A stretch of DNA of 64,000 nucleotides from the human T2T-CHM13v2.0 reference genome, Homo sapiens. The notes under the pieces were generated by a model, which searched no databases, was not told the DNA's origin, and saw only the letters and a program-made list of their open reading frames with translations. The position numbers and the translations under genes were made by a program. The stretch lies in the NCBI RefSeq assembly GCF_009914755.1, contig NC_060926.1, one strand, 5' to 3'. Positions 12,946-29,067 of the stretch are shown here, in pieces; within the stretch, counting starts at the first letter, position 1, and every line of letters starts with the position of its first letter.

Positions 12946-14319
12946 TTTTTAAATGAAAAGAAAATTCAGAAATTATAAAAAATTACCAGAGTCTGAATGA
13001 AGATAAAAATAGTGAAAGGGCCTTTTGTAACTCTGCAGTTGGCAAAAATGTCAGGGGAACAATTATTTCCAGTGACAGCTGACACCTACTGTGATAAAGA
13101 AGATGCAGCCTTGTCTCCGTAGGCCCGAAAGTGTCCCTAGGCAGTCCTGGGAGCTTCCCTCTGTGCCTTTACCTCTGCTGCCAGAAAAGTAATTCCTTAG
13201 AAACTGCCCGTTAAAATTTAAAATCTGAGTGTTCCTGAAATCTTACAGCCAAAAGTCACAAAAATGATCTCAGGTCTGGGCCCAAATAGGCAGCTGTGAT
13301 GCCTTTTCCTTGACTCTTTATTTTTCCCCCTGTGGTGTGTGTATAGTATTCTGTTTTCAGAAGGCTAGGCCATAGAGACTCTCACTTGAGCTGCTTTGAG
13401 TTGGATGTGGCCACACTGGGGGCAAAGAGCAGCACTCCAGTGTGTAAGGAAAACATTCATCAGAGCCCTCTCTCACCTGTCAGAGCCCTCACGTTAGTAA
13501 ATCTGAGAAAAAATACTTCAGTTTCTCACTGTGAGTCAAGGAAGCACCAGGGCTGGAATTGAGATGGTGCAATTCGCAAGTTGCCTCCAAACTACTAATT
13601 TATCATCCTCATTTTACAACATTTTGCCACCACCACACCCAAGGGAATAGCTTTGACAAGCCTTCAATTCTTCTATTCTAAAAGAACTAAATCCATAGCA
13701 TGCACATGCGTGCGCGCGCACACACACACAAATTTAAATGACATTTATTATTTCAATAGGCATTTTTCTTGTACTTTACGATTTTCCAGAAAATTCTTAA
13801 CTAGCCTCTAAATAGTTTTGCACTCAAGGCAATAAATTCTCAGTGTTGAATGATTCCAACCAGGTTTCGCTGAGTACAAGTGTCTTGGTTTACCTCTTCC
13901 TTATTTAAGAAGTGGGAGAACAACCTTTCCTTTTCCAGGCTTTTGAAGGAGTCACAGAAGTTCTGGGAATTGAAGGAGTTCGAATATGTCCCCACAAGGG
14001 TACTTCAGAGGACCTGGAGATATCTGGTTCCCAGCCTCACAAGCAGCATCACCATGATCTGCAAGCTGAACTCAGGCTCCACCCAGGCTCTGGGTCGTAA
14101 GCCTCCTTTTGCTTCCTATTACTCATTGATAGATGATCAATACAAATGACAAAGGACAAAGCTAGAATGAGCCTGTGATATCAAGAGGCATTGGTATGAA
14201 CACATGGTATTTTTAATACATTTATAAAAATGTAAAAAATAATAGGATAGCTTATTTTACATTATGTTACTTTACTATTTATTATTTTGCTTTACATTAT
14301 AATTAAAATACATGTGTCT

Positions 14320-14535
14320 CCATAAAGAGGAACAACAGACACTGTGGTCTACTGGAGGGTGAAGCATGGGAGGAGGGAGAAGATCAGGAAAAATAACTAA
14401 TGGGTACTAGGCTTAATACTTGGGTGATAAAATAATCTGTACAACAAACTCCCATGACATCAGTTTACCTGTATAACAAACCTGCACATGTACCTCTGAA
14501 CTTAAAATAAAACTTAAAAATAACAATAATGATAA
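14320..14535 (+). mobile_element. L1PA (13-16-like) 3' end
   Basis: gatcaggaaaaataactaatgggtactaggcttaatac...aacaaacctgcacatgtac...aaaataaaa. Confidence 0.85.
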
Positions 14536-14539
14536 ATGC

Positions 14540-15740
14540 ATCTCAAGAGAATGAGAAGACAGTCCATGAACTTGGAGAAAATATTTGCAAAAGACACATC
14601 TGATAAAAGACTGTTTTCCAAAATAAAGAACTCCTAAAGCTCAACAATAAGAAAACAAACAATCTGATTGAAAAATAGTCAAAAGACCTAAATAGACACC
14701 TCACCAAAGAAGATATACAGATGGCAAATAAGTATATGAAAAGATGCTCAACATCATATCTCATTAGAAAGTTGCAAATTAAAACAGCAATGAAATAACA
14801 CTACCCACCTACTAGAATGTCCAAAATACAGGACACTGACAACAGCAAATGCTGGTGAGTATGTGGAGCAACAGGAACTCTCATTCATTGTTGGTGGGAA
14901 GGCAAAATGGTGCAGCCACTTTGGAAAGTAGTTTGGCAGTTTCTTTCAAAAGTAAACATACTCTTACCATATGACCCAGAAATTATGCTCCTTGATATTT
15001 ACCCAAGTAAACTGAAAACTTATGTCCACACAAAAACCTTTCCCAGTGATTTAGGGTTTGCACAACTTCCTACTTGGAATATTTTTATAGACACTTTATT
15101 CATAATGGCCTAGAGAGAGGAAGCAACAATCCAAAACTTGAAAGAAACCAAGATGTCCTTCAGTAGGTAAATAGGTAAATCATGGAATATCCAAACAATG
15201 AAGTATTACTCAGTGCTAAAACAAGATGAGCTATCAAACCATGAAAAAGTGTGGAGAAACCCTAAATGCATATTACTAAGTGAAAGAAGCCAACCCGAAA
15301 AGGCTATGCACTGTGTAATTCAACTATATGACATTAAGTAAAAGGAAAATGGAGACAGTAAAAAGATTCATGGTGGCCATTAAATTGGGAGAAGGAGAGA
15401 TGAGAGATGAATAGACAGAGTACAGAGGATTTTCTGGGCAATGAAACTACTCTATATGACACTACGATGCTGGAAATTATACAGTTGTCAAAACCCATAG
15501 AATACAAAAGATTAAAACCGAACCCTAATGTAAACTATGGACTTTGAGTGATAATTATGTGTTAGTGTAGGTTCACTGCTTGTAACAAATGTACCGCTCT
15601 GGTGTGAGATGTAAATCGTGGGGAAAGTTGTGCATGTGTGGGGACAGGGCTATGTGAGAAATCTGTCGTTTTCACTCAATTTTGCTGTACTCCTAAAAGT
15701 GCTCTAGAAAATAAAGTCTATTAATAAATCAATAAAAATT
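14540..15740 (+). mobile_element. L1MC1-like ORF2 end and 3' UTR
   Basis: ORF2 C-terminal homology (VQPLWK.VWQFL..LPYDP), 3' end gctctagaaaataaagtctattaa. Confidence 0.85.
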
Positions 15741-15744
15741 GTGT

Positions 15745-16860
15745 ATATACATAAATTAGTATATATACAGATATTTCCTAGTTCTTCCTAATGTTACTTA
15801 GAAGCAGGAACACCCCAGTAGCAACAAGCAATCCTAATGTCCAGGTCTTGGCTCCTAAATACAAACATTTTCTAATAAAGTAAACCAGGGCTCCTGGAAG
15901 AAATGCTTGATTCTAAGTGTGATGGACTAAGTGTTTTTGTGTCCCCTGCCTCAAAGTCCTATGTTGAAGCCCTAACCTCTAATTTAACGGTATTTTGTGA
16001 TGTGGCTTTTTGGAGGTAATTAGTGTTAGATGAAGTCTCATATAAGAAGAGACACCAGAGAGTGCTCTCTCTCTTCACCATGTGAGCACACACCAAGATG
16101 GCAGTCTCCTACAAGCCAAGAGAGAGGCCTCAGAAGGAAGTCTTCCTTGTAGGCAGCTTGATCTTGAACTTCTTGCCACCAGAACTATGAGAAATACACT
16201 GCTATTGTTTAAGCCACTCATATATTATAGCATTTTGTTATGGCAGCCCAGCTGACTAATTCACCAAGGCTGTGACAGGAACAATCGAACAATCCAGGAT
16301 GAGCCTGGAGCATCTTGTGGCAAGAGAAAGTAAATAAGTACTATTCAAAAAAAAAAAAAAAAAAAAAGAAGGAAAGAAAGAAAAAAGGAAAGTATATTAA
16401 AACGACACAAAACCTAATCTAAAGAGTTTATAATGGACAAAACTGGAACAATTTGAGCAATGAGCTAAAAGAAATAACTAATATATAAGATAAACATCTG
16501 TGAGTCTATATTACATAAATGATTTAATAGACAAACAAATGAGGGAAAGGGTGTAACTCTTCATTACAGGGGAGGCGCAGTTAATATGCGCAGGAGAAAT
16601 GAGGGAAGTAGACAGTGACCATGAGGACACCGCAGTAATAGCTACTGTAGGTGCAGTCCATTGATGAATGCTAATGTTAGAGGACAAAAGTTTAAGGAGA
16701 ACCAGAAATTTGCATAGCCTCAAAGCGTGTCCCCTCAAGTATTCACTATTTACAAAAGAAAAAATATTCAGAATATACTAACCGCTAAAGAAGACACATA
16801 GACAACAAATTAAGCATGCTGTAACTATTAATACTTATAAAAACTTAGCAAACCATAATG
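15745..16860 (+). mobile_element. L1MC/MD 3' UTR fragments interrupted by MLT1A
   Basis: aaccagggctcctggaagaaatg, gatgagcctggagcatcttg, ttgcatagcctcaaag motifs. Confidence 0.7.
15918..16263 (+). mobile_element. MLT1A-like LTR
   Basis: tgtgatggact...gctgactaattca; TSD ctaag / ccaag. Confidence 0.85.
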
Positions 16861-16861
16861 G

Positions 16862-16939
16862 TAGATAGGTGTAAAAGTAATTGCATTTTTTTCCATTAAA
16901 GGTAATGGCAAAAACTGCAATCACTTCGCACCAACCTAA
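16862..16939. mobile_element. MADE1 (Hsmar1 MITE)
   Basis: ~80-bp palindrome ending gcaccaacctaa followed by ta. Confidence 0.85.
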
Positions 16940-18179
16940 TATTTATATATCCTATAATTTTGGCTTTTTCAAAATCTTTTGACTTTGATTCTGAAATCTC
17001 AAGTAAATTAACTCAAATTGGGTATTAGTAAAGCGCAGTTTCGAGTCTGTGAAGATCTAATGGAACAGGCCTCTACATACAAACACTCTGATAAGCTTAC
17101 TGGGTCCTCCACTTGAGGTAATTGTCCAGGTAATTGTCTATTTCCCTAACAGGAAGCAGTATTCCACTAATAGGAAGCAGCTGGCCAGTTGTTCTCGTCA
17201 CTTCCTTGCTCCCTGGACTTGTGGCTCCTTGCCCTCCCCATGCTCCCAAGCCCCCAGACCTCCTGGACAGCTTGTCATCTGTGAGCTTCCTCTGGTGTGT
17301 GTTTTCTCACGAGCCACAGGGAGAGGGACTGGAAGAAGCTTGCAGCTGTGGGACTGTGCAGAGCCCACCGTCAACCAGATTTGCACTAGTTAGGATTCCT
17401 GTGGTTGCAGAGTCCTAGATGGGTTTACAAGAAGGGCGAGGTAATAGGACCAGAGGGGTTGCTGAGCATCTAGACCATGTGGGCCAGGCTGCACTCAGGT
17501 TCCTCACCTCTGCTCTTCTCTATTTCATTTTGCAGGTTGGTGACCAAGTCTAGAATCATGGCTCATGCATATTTATATAATACATGTGCTTCTGTGATAC
17601 ATATTTATTATTAATATATAATTAGTTATATCTTGATTTTACAATATACAATAAAACAATGGTATTTATAATTCTAGACTTCATTGCCTCCTCATAGACA
17701 CAGATGGGATATATATGAATATACCTGGGTCCCATGGTACAGGTATTGGGGCAAGTGAGGCAGGGTAGAGGAATGTCTAACAGTTCCCAATTTTACATGT
17801 CACAGACCAGGCAGTCAAGGTAGACTGTACTCCTTTCTCGGGTTCATTTCCAGAATTCCTAGCGGGAAAATACCGTTTGGCCCCCTTCACCAGATGTTTT
17901 ACTGCTGCCTGGCCAGGAAGGCACTGAAGGTCCTGCGATCATCACCCACCTGTGTGGGTGGAGGTCCCAGCCTGATAATCTGAAAGTGTCCACTGTAGTC
18001 CATAGTCAGGACCCTCACCTAGGACTCACTATGGGGAAGGCACAGTCTAAGCACTTTACACAGACTGTGTGGTTTGGAGCCTGGATTGTGACTCCAGGCA
18101 GTCGGGCTCCAGTCTGCAGTCTTATCACTGACTATGCTGGTCAACATTCAAATAACTGTTTTGTTTTTAGATTTGTTTC

Positions 18180-19120
<941 letters not shown>

Positions 19121-19947
19121 AGACAGTTTGATAAAGAAAACTACCTATTTGTCTCATGAGAAATGAAACTTTATAAGCAAAGGAGAAATATACAGTCTCA
19201 GAAGACTTTGAATCTTGGAGGAAGTGAGTTTTTAGAAGGATGGTCTGAGAATATGTGCATGCCTTTACATTTTAAATGAAAGATATGGCTGATTGGATTA
19301 CAAACAGAAAAGAGATATAAATTTGGGTAGCACAGTAGTTGCTTAGACTTAGAAGATGGGGAATTTCTTACCTGAAGTTAATTAGCTAAAGATTAAACCT
19401 TAGAAGGAAAGATAAAGGGTTTATATTACTCTCTCTTCCTCCCTCTCTCTCTCTCTCTCTCAAACCCAGCAAGCAGCTAAATACCAAAGTAATCACTTCT
19501 AGGAATGCAAAGGAGAGACAAGATCCATTATCCAGTAGACAAATATGAAAAATGGGACATATGGTGAGGGGAGGCACTTTTCTCAAATCTCATGAAAAGA
19601 AAAGGATTAATTAACTTCAAGAGGACAGAACAATTTTGGGAAAGGAGACAGAGCACAAAGTGTGTTTAAAGCAAGGAGGCAAAAGTGTTGCTGAGCCCCA
19701 ATCAACAACTGCTCAGCTCTCGCCTCCAGAGTGTAATAATTAGCAGGAAGCAAAGAAGACTGTTAGGGGCAGGAGCAGCACCTGGCCATTTACAGGATGG
19801 TGTCAGTGCTCAGAACTTAGAGATCCTCTGTGAAATACAGGCAGAAAAAAATAGGGGGAAAGGACATTAACAAATAACAGACATTAAAGAACAAGTGATG
19901 ATAGCATGAAAAGAACTAAGGTGGTTAAATGAAGAAATAAAAGACAC

Positions 19948-20398
19948 AACATTCATTTCTTATGACTGCTATAATTAAAGTCCCTCAAAGTTGGTGGTTT
20001 AACAGAATACAAATTTATTATGTTACAGCACTGGAGGTCAGAAGCCCAGAATGAGTCTCTCTGGGCTGAAATCAAGGTGTCAGCAAAGCCGCTGTCCTTC
20101 TGAAGACTCTGGGGAGAATCAGCTCTGGGTCTTTCCCAGCTTCTAGAGGCCCTGCATTCCTTGGCTCATGGTGGTGTGTGATTCTAGCCTCTGAGCTGTC
20201 TGCACATCTCCTCTAACTCTAACTTCTTGCTCCTTTATAAAATCACATTGGGGCTACCCAGATAATCCAGATGACCCCCCATCTCAAGATCATTAATCAC
20301 ATCTATAAAGTCCCTTTTGCCATGTAAAGTGCCATATTCACAGGTTCCAAGGATTAGGACGTGGGCGTCCTTGGGCAACCATTGGTCTGCCTACCACA
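19948..20398 (-). mobile_element. MLT1C/D LTR
   Basis: ctggaggtcagaag...aaatcaaggtgtcagca...ctgcctaccaca; TSD gacac on both sides. Confidence 0.85.
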
Positions 20399-21524
20399 GA
20401 CACTAAACACATCTGAGATCTCTGGATTCCAATAGTTGGAAGTGATGTTTCAGGGAATCCTGGACAGGCTTCCCAAGTGAAGCTTAAAGCCCCTTTCTGT
20501 CTATAGGCAGAATAAATGATGAAGGATCAGAAAGGAAGCAGAATCATGGGGATGGTAGTTTTAAAAATCAACAATAGATCAATGAGAAGAACAAGAAAAA
20601 AATATTGGGAATTCAGAGAAAAAAATTATCCCAGATGGACAAGAAGCAAAGAACATTGGACTTTCCCTCTGTAAGATATCACTGATGCCATTTAGAATCA
20701 ACAATCAGTGCATAGTGGAGGATTAGTGAACCAAAGCCCCAAGAAGGAAGACCACCCCTGACTTTGACGTATGTTCTCTGACTGGTCATCTGAATTCATG
20801 AGAAAATGTTCAGTGTTATTTTGGAGAAAGTGAATAGATTAAAGTTTATTTGTCCATTTCGACAACTCTTTTTCATGTTGGAGTAATGTGGAAGACCACG
20901 GGCATGGATGTTAAACAAACTCTTTAACATATAGCTGTACGTGACAAGGGCAGGAAAAGTCCTGGGTGTGTGGGGAGTAAGAAAGCCAAAGGTCCTAGCA
21001 TTTGCCTAGGTGGCAAATATCCTGGGAGGAGACTGGATGTAGGAAGTAAAAATTCCTTCCAGAGAGAGGGGCCTGAGGAATACCACAGGGTGGCTTCTGG
21101 CAGAGATCTCTTGGCCACAGCCTTTGCATAGGCTAGGATTCCATCTGTAATAGCCACTGTAGCACTGATGTTTAAAGCATTATGCTATAGAGGCAAATAT
21201 CTTTATCTTTGGTTTTTAAGGTGAAATAAACATGATCTCTCTCTCTCTCTCTCTCTCTCAAATCCAGCAACTAACTAAATACTGAACTGATCACTTTTAG
21301 GAAAGCAAAGGTGATTACAAGATTGTAAAACAGGACTGATTATAGACTAAGGTTATCAAGTAATGGGAAGAATATAAAAAAAGAGAAAAAAATTGAGGAT
21401 AAGTGAATTTATCCCCAGATATTTTCTTCATATTTGTTATTGAAACAAAGTAAGAATAAATGAATTGATTCTAATGGAAAGAAAAATTAAACTAATCTCA
21501 TAGAGATAAGATATGTTTCTATAG

Positions 21525-22114
<590 letters not shown>

Positions 22115-23316
22115 TGATGGATAAGAACAAATCCATCAATTGAGGAAAAAAATACATAGTTTCCAGGAAAATAAGGACAAATTAGATAAGCAATGGAGAA
22201 GTAATGGAGAAGTTTTAAATAACTCAAAGAATTGTAAAATTAGAAATAAAATGTCCAATCAGTTTGGAATGACTCCATTCTCATTAACCATGCAACATAA
22301 CATATGGACTCATTTTGAAATTATCTCACTTTCATTGGCAAAATTCAAATAAGTAATTCTCCTCCAAAATGAGTTTTTACTAAATCTTCATTGTCAAGTG
22401 GCATGTGTATCTTTTTGCTGAGCCAGGGAAATAAGTAAGTGCTGAACTTACACTCACTGCCAACAGATGAGAAAAAAATGCTGGAGGACTGCCATTTTAA
22501 TGGAAGAAAATGAAAGTTTACTCTATATTAAAATCCTGAAAGGCCTTAGCTCTAGCACAGGGAATGTCAGACCCAAGGTCAGTCTACTGGGGGTATAGAA
22601 TCTCAGTGCAGGGTGGGAGCAGATTTCAACTCACTAGACATGTTTTCTCTGTAAAGAATTCCAAGCTCTTGCTTCTTTGGAAGCAAAAACTTAAGATGTA
22701 GGAAAATATGACTACATGTTGGGAATATCACCAATGTAAAAAAGGGCTAGCAACTTTTTGACGCAGTTCCAAATGAAGCAATTTGTTGAATGGAAGTGAA
22801 ACATTTTGCTGTCCATTCTGTCCTTGGAACATCTGTGCTGGGAAACAAAGTGCATGAGAGACCACTGTTTTGGGCTGGCCTCCTGCACTGGGCCCTAGGA
22901 GATCAGGCCAAACCAGAATGGAGTCACTGGTGCTAAGTGCCATGTAATCAAATTGAACATTGAAATAGGACAGTTTTCCTAAAAACAGGAGATTCTAGTC
23001 AACCTGATTCGGTATAATAAGGAAGTCCCCTCTGTTTTTTGTTTTTTTTTTTTTGAAACAGGGTCTTGCTCTGTTACCCAGCTGAGTGTGCAGTGCCATG
23101 ATCATAGCTCACTGCAGCCTCAAACTCCTGGGTTCAAATGATCCTCCTGCCTCAGCCTCCAGAGTAGCTGAGACTGCAGGTATGTGCCACCACACTGAAG
23201 TAATTTTTAATTTTTTTGTAGATATAGGGGTTTCTCTGTGTTGCCCAGGCTGGTCTTGAACTCCTGGGCTCAAGCCATCCTCCCACCTCAGCTCCCTACA
23301 GTGCTAGGATTAGAGG

Positions 23317-24224
23317 TGTTGGGGCTGTAGGCCCTTGGCCCCCTAAAGTTTTGCTAAAAATCGCTGACATGAGGCACATTGATTAATAGGAGAAAAGGCA
23401 TACAAATTTATTTAATGTGCATACACAAGAGTCTACAGAATGAAGATCTAAATTCCCAATGAGTTAAGAAACTTGTATACCATTTCGAGGTTACAGAAAG
23501 ACTAGAGGCTTAGATTCTGGTAAAACAGGGTGTGGGAGGTGGAGAAGAGGCTTGGCTGCAAAGGAGGACTTGTTATGTAGATGAAGCCTCCCTCAGACAG
23601 AATAGATGGTAAACTGTTTCTTTTCAGACTTTTAAAGGTGTCAGATTCTCAATGTCTCCCCCGGATCTGGGGAAAGGAACAGAAAGGAGAGGGGTCTGGA
23701 TGCATTAACAGAGATTCTCTACAGATGCACATTTTTCCCACTTGATATAGTTTGGCTCTGTGTCCCCACCCAAATCTCATCTTGAATTATAATCCCCATA
23801 ATTCCCATGTGTCAAGGGCAGGACCTGGTAGGAGGTGACTGGATCATGGGGGTGGTTTTCCCCCATGCTGTTCTCAGGATAATGATGGATTTCTCAGGAT
23901 ATCCAATGATTTTATAAGTGTTTGACCATTTCTCCCACACACACTCTCTCACCTGCCGCCATGTAAGACGTGCCTACTTCCCTTTCCACCATGATTGTAA
24001 ATTTCCTGAGGCCTCCCCAGCCATGCAGAACTGTGAGTCAATTAAACAACTTTTCTTTATAAATTACCCCATCTTGGGTATGTCTTTATAGCAGTGTGAG
24101 AACAGACTAATACACCACTTAAGGCAGCTTTGAAAGGCCACTTCTGTCAGGATGCCTAGGTGGCAGCCATTTCAACATATGCCAAAGAAATATATTTTGG
24201 GGCAGAATATTTTCATTTTCTTCA
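23317..24224 (-). mobile_element. ERV1 MER4-group solo LTR inserted in AluJ
   Basis: tg...ca termini, aaagaaatatattttggggcagaatattttcattttcttca end; 4-bp TSD gagg / tagg. Confidence 0.75.
23743..24114 (+). mobile_element. THE1 (C/D) solo LTR
   Basis: tgatatagtttggctctgtgtccccacccaaatctc...gactaataca; perfect TSD ccact. Confidence 0.93.
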
Positions 24225-24623
24225 TAGGTGTGAGTGATTGTGCCCAGTCAGTCCCCTCTGTTTTGAACCCTATAAGAAAAGTAACTTCGAAATGACCAAT
24301 CTTTTTGTTCTCTCTGTCTGCATTTCTCAGCCCTTTTCTGTCTGTAAAGCCAACCTCCTCTGCTCAGATTGTCAGAACACTCATTCTGTTTTACGGAATA
24401 AAGTGTTGCCTGATTCTAGAATCACAAATATAGGCCAAGTAAGATCTTTAAACTGAATTGCTGTGATTTTGTCTTTAGACATTGCCTAGGATTCAATCAG
24501 AACACTTTGGCAGCTTTGGTGTGCCTCATAATCTTGTATTTCTTCATGCCCTTTTGCTATCGTTTGTCTGTGAAGATGGAGGTGAGATTGAAATTTGGTA
24601 GAACTTGTTTAACAAGACACAGG

Positions 24624-25781
<1,158 letters not shown>

Positions 25782-25862
25782 CGGGTCACAAAGACCTGCT
25801 GATAAAACAGCATGCAGTGAGAAGCCTGCTAAAACCTGTCCAGCCTCTTTACTTTTTAATAA

Positions 25863-26172
<310 letters not shown>

Positions 26173-27623
26173 AAATAAACATGCTTTCATTTTACTCTGT
26201 CTGCTTGCTCTTGAATTCTTTCTTTCATGGAGCCAAGAACCCACATAGCCTCCTAGGCTGAACACCAGTTTTGGGATTTGCCCCATGACAGAGCTGGTGG
26301 TAGTTTTAGAGGTAAGAGAACAGGGCAGCTTGTTGCCGACGGGCAGTGGAAAGGGATGTCACTACGTACATGTGCTTGTATCCATAATTATTAAATAAGG
26401 GGAAAGGGATGTAGGTGGAGGAGTTTTGGCCATTTCATTGGCTTGTTCTTCTGAATCCAGGAATTTATCCTATGGCCTCCTATAACAAATGGTTTTAGAT
26501 ATGATTCTTGACTTCCATCTAACTTACAAATAGCAAAAATAATAATATTGCAATGGTCATATCAATCTCTTTACACAAAGGAGGACATTTTCCAGTAAAT
26601 TGGTTACTATTTGTCTAATGATGAAATATTTTTCTGCCTTCAGGTGATTTATTTAATTTGCTATGGTTATAAAACTCCTACAGTTCATTCCCTGGGCCCC
26701 ATTTCCCACTAAGATGTCATAGTGGGACAATAGTGGGCTCTAAGATCAAATAAATGCCGAGTCCTGCTTGGGGCTGGCTGGCTGCTCAACCTTGCTAAGG
26801 TATTTAGGAACTCTGAACTTGCTTCCTCCCCTGGAAAATGTGGAGATAGAAGATGACCCCTGATCTAGATATGAGAATCAAGTGCACATATGGCAGATAA
26901 CAGAGAACCAAGAACTGTGGTTGCCCTTTCTAAGAAAAGGATAACATAACAAGTCCCTTCTTTTGGAATGGGTAGAACTTATGCCCAGGCTCTTGAGGTG
27001 CTGTGGAGTTCCCCACATGCTTGGGCAAGGGAGCAAAGCTTGAAATGGTTTATTCATTCCATCCTAGCCTTCCCTGCTTCCACTTTGTTTGTAATTTTTT
27101 TTTTTTTTTTTTGCCATCTTCTATCAGCATCTCCTGCCTAATTAAAAAAAAAAATCTAAATGCCCTATCAGACAGTTTGACTTGAAGTCCCACGGAAATT
27201 TAACTCAATTCATTGAAAAATTGAACTCCAAACCTGAGCACCAGCCTGTATATTTTATTATCTTTTCTTTTTTTTAAAGTTTCTTACAAACTAGTGAAAC
27301 TTTGTTAGGAGCTGATGTTGGTTTCATACCTTCCTTCTCCAAACCCCTTCCTACCCTCCTAAGCTATTTATTCTGGATTTCATTTTTTGAAACTATACCA
27401 CATCTTTCTTAGAAACTCTTTTTATTCCTATAATTTTAACATAATACATTTAATACATCTCATTCGCTGTCAAAGTTCTGTTCCTTGGAAATGGCTTCCT
27501 GTTTAAAATGCCCCTTCCTGATGTGTTACCAGTTTTATTCCATAGAGCGGAAGTTGGCCAGTCAACACTGTGATCCTTCAGGGCAGGGTAAATAATTCAG
27601 TGGTAATCCACTGTGGGATTTTT

Positions 27624-27927
27624 CTTTTTTTTTTTTTTTTTTTGAGACGGATTCTTGCTCTGTCGCCCAGGCTGGAGTGTAGTGGCACGATCTCGGCTCA
27701 CTGCAACCTCCGCCTTCTGGGTTCATGCCATTCTCCTGCCTCAGCCCCCTGAGTAGCTGGTACTACAGGTGTCCACCACCACACCCAGCTAATTTTTTTA
27801 AATATTTTTAGCAGAGACGGGGTTTCACCGTGTTAGCCAGGATGGTCTCAATCTCCTGACCTGGTGATCCGCCCACCTCAGCCTCCCAAAGTGCTGGGAT
27901 TACAGGCGTGAGCCACCTCGCCTGGCC
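27624..27927 (-). mobile_element. AluY/Sc8-like
   Basis: ttcatgccattc and gtgttagccaggatgg diagnostics; TSD cactgtg(g/t)gattttt (27609-27623 / 27928-27942). Confidence 0.95.
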
Positions 27928-28919
27928 CACTGTGTGATTTTTCAAGCCAGTGTCCTGAAAATCAAGGGTCTTGTTTTCACATCCAACTAATATGAAGGCT
28001 AAGGTTCACAAACTGGTATTTGAAACAACATTTCTCATCCTCCCAGCAATTCACAGCTTCAAGAATGTTTATCAGCTGCTGACATTGGGTGAGAGACCCA
28101 GTGGATGCCTTGCTTTAAAATCGTGAGGAGATAGTAAACACACATTGCCCTAACTGAGCCTTGGAATTCTTTGAGGAAAACTAAAAGTCAACAGCAGAAA
28201 TTATCTGCACTACTAATTACACATCCGGGACTTGGGCGAAAGGTCTTATTGTGAGGAATTGTGAAACGTTGTGTCTACCAAGGTCAGCGCTGTCCTGACA
28301 TAACTTGCTGGATACAATTATAAATGAATTAGATATGACAGCCTAAACCCTCTGTTAACTCCAAAGTCACAAAAGACTCTATACAATAAATGCACAACAG
28401 AATAGACACATGAAATCTGATGTTAAAATAAAAATATATGACTTTGTTTTGCTTGGCTCCTACCAAACTTAAAGCATTCTGTCCTTTCATGAGGTTGTAG
28501 ACAGCTTTTCTCTAGCGAAAGCCAGAAAATTCTCTCCTTTACTGCCTAGAAAAACTTTAATAACCAAGAACTGGCATAAAATCTGCCTTTACAAATCTCC
28601 ATTTCTGGTACAGAGTGACAGGAAAATGAGCCCCAGCATTCAACCAATCCCCTTTGTGTATTAATAATCCTCAAACACGGCTGTGAAAAATTATGAAGCA
28701 TGCCCAATTGTGGTGCACTTAGCTGCGTGTGATTGGTTTGTTTGCCTCCTGGTTCTTTGAGTATACTGATCTGCATGTCAATTTGGGAACAGGGTGAGAA
28801 GCTGTTGATTTTAGGGTAAAAAAGTTAAGAATATTTAATGGCTACATTTTTCTCAATTTATTCCCTTAAATCAATGAAACATAGAACTCAGTTTTTTTTC
28901 TTATGTAAAATCCATCTAA

Positions 28920-29035
28920 AGTAGTAAGAGGTAATGCTCACCAAATGCTTTCCATGCACCAGGTACCACACAGGGGTTTTGCATCCATTTATTCACTTAC
29001 TCTCAATAACAGCCTTATGAGTTAGGTACACAGAG
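28920..29035 (-). mobile_element. MIR fragment
   Basis: ctcaataacagccttatgagttaggtac resembles the MIR core. Confidence 0.5.
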
Positions 29036-29067
29036 ATATAAAAGGAACAGGGCCCTTTAAAAAATGG

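Larger units (their letters stand above)
23039..24249 (-). mobile_element. AluJ split by an LTR (pieces ~23039-23316 and 24225-24249)
   Basis: 15-bp TSD agtcccctctgtttt (23024-23038 / 24250-24264). Confidence 0.9.
22855..24481 (+). mobile_element. MER67/MER31-like ERV1 LTR (outer layer of nest)
   Basis: ctcctgcact...aaaccagaatggagtcact start; end gattctagaatcacaaata...ttttgtctttagaca. Confidence 0.7.

Noticed and set aside
17117-17139. Short tandem duplication aggtaattgtc x2 (also ~938-960, 13460-13490, 56329-56350)
   Set aside because: Ordinary slippage-type micro-duplications expected in any window.
17510-17540. Strong-looking splice acceptor (also near 2998, 26644, 46331, 60585)
   Set aside because: Isolated acceptors are common by chance; no consistent exon chain or reading frame.
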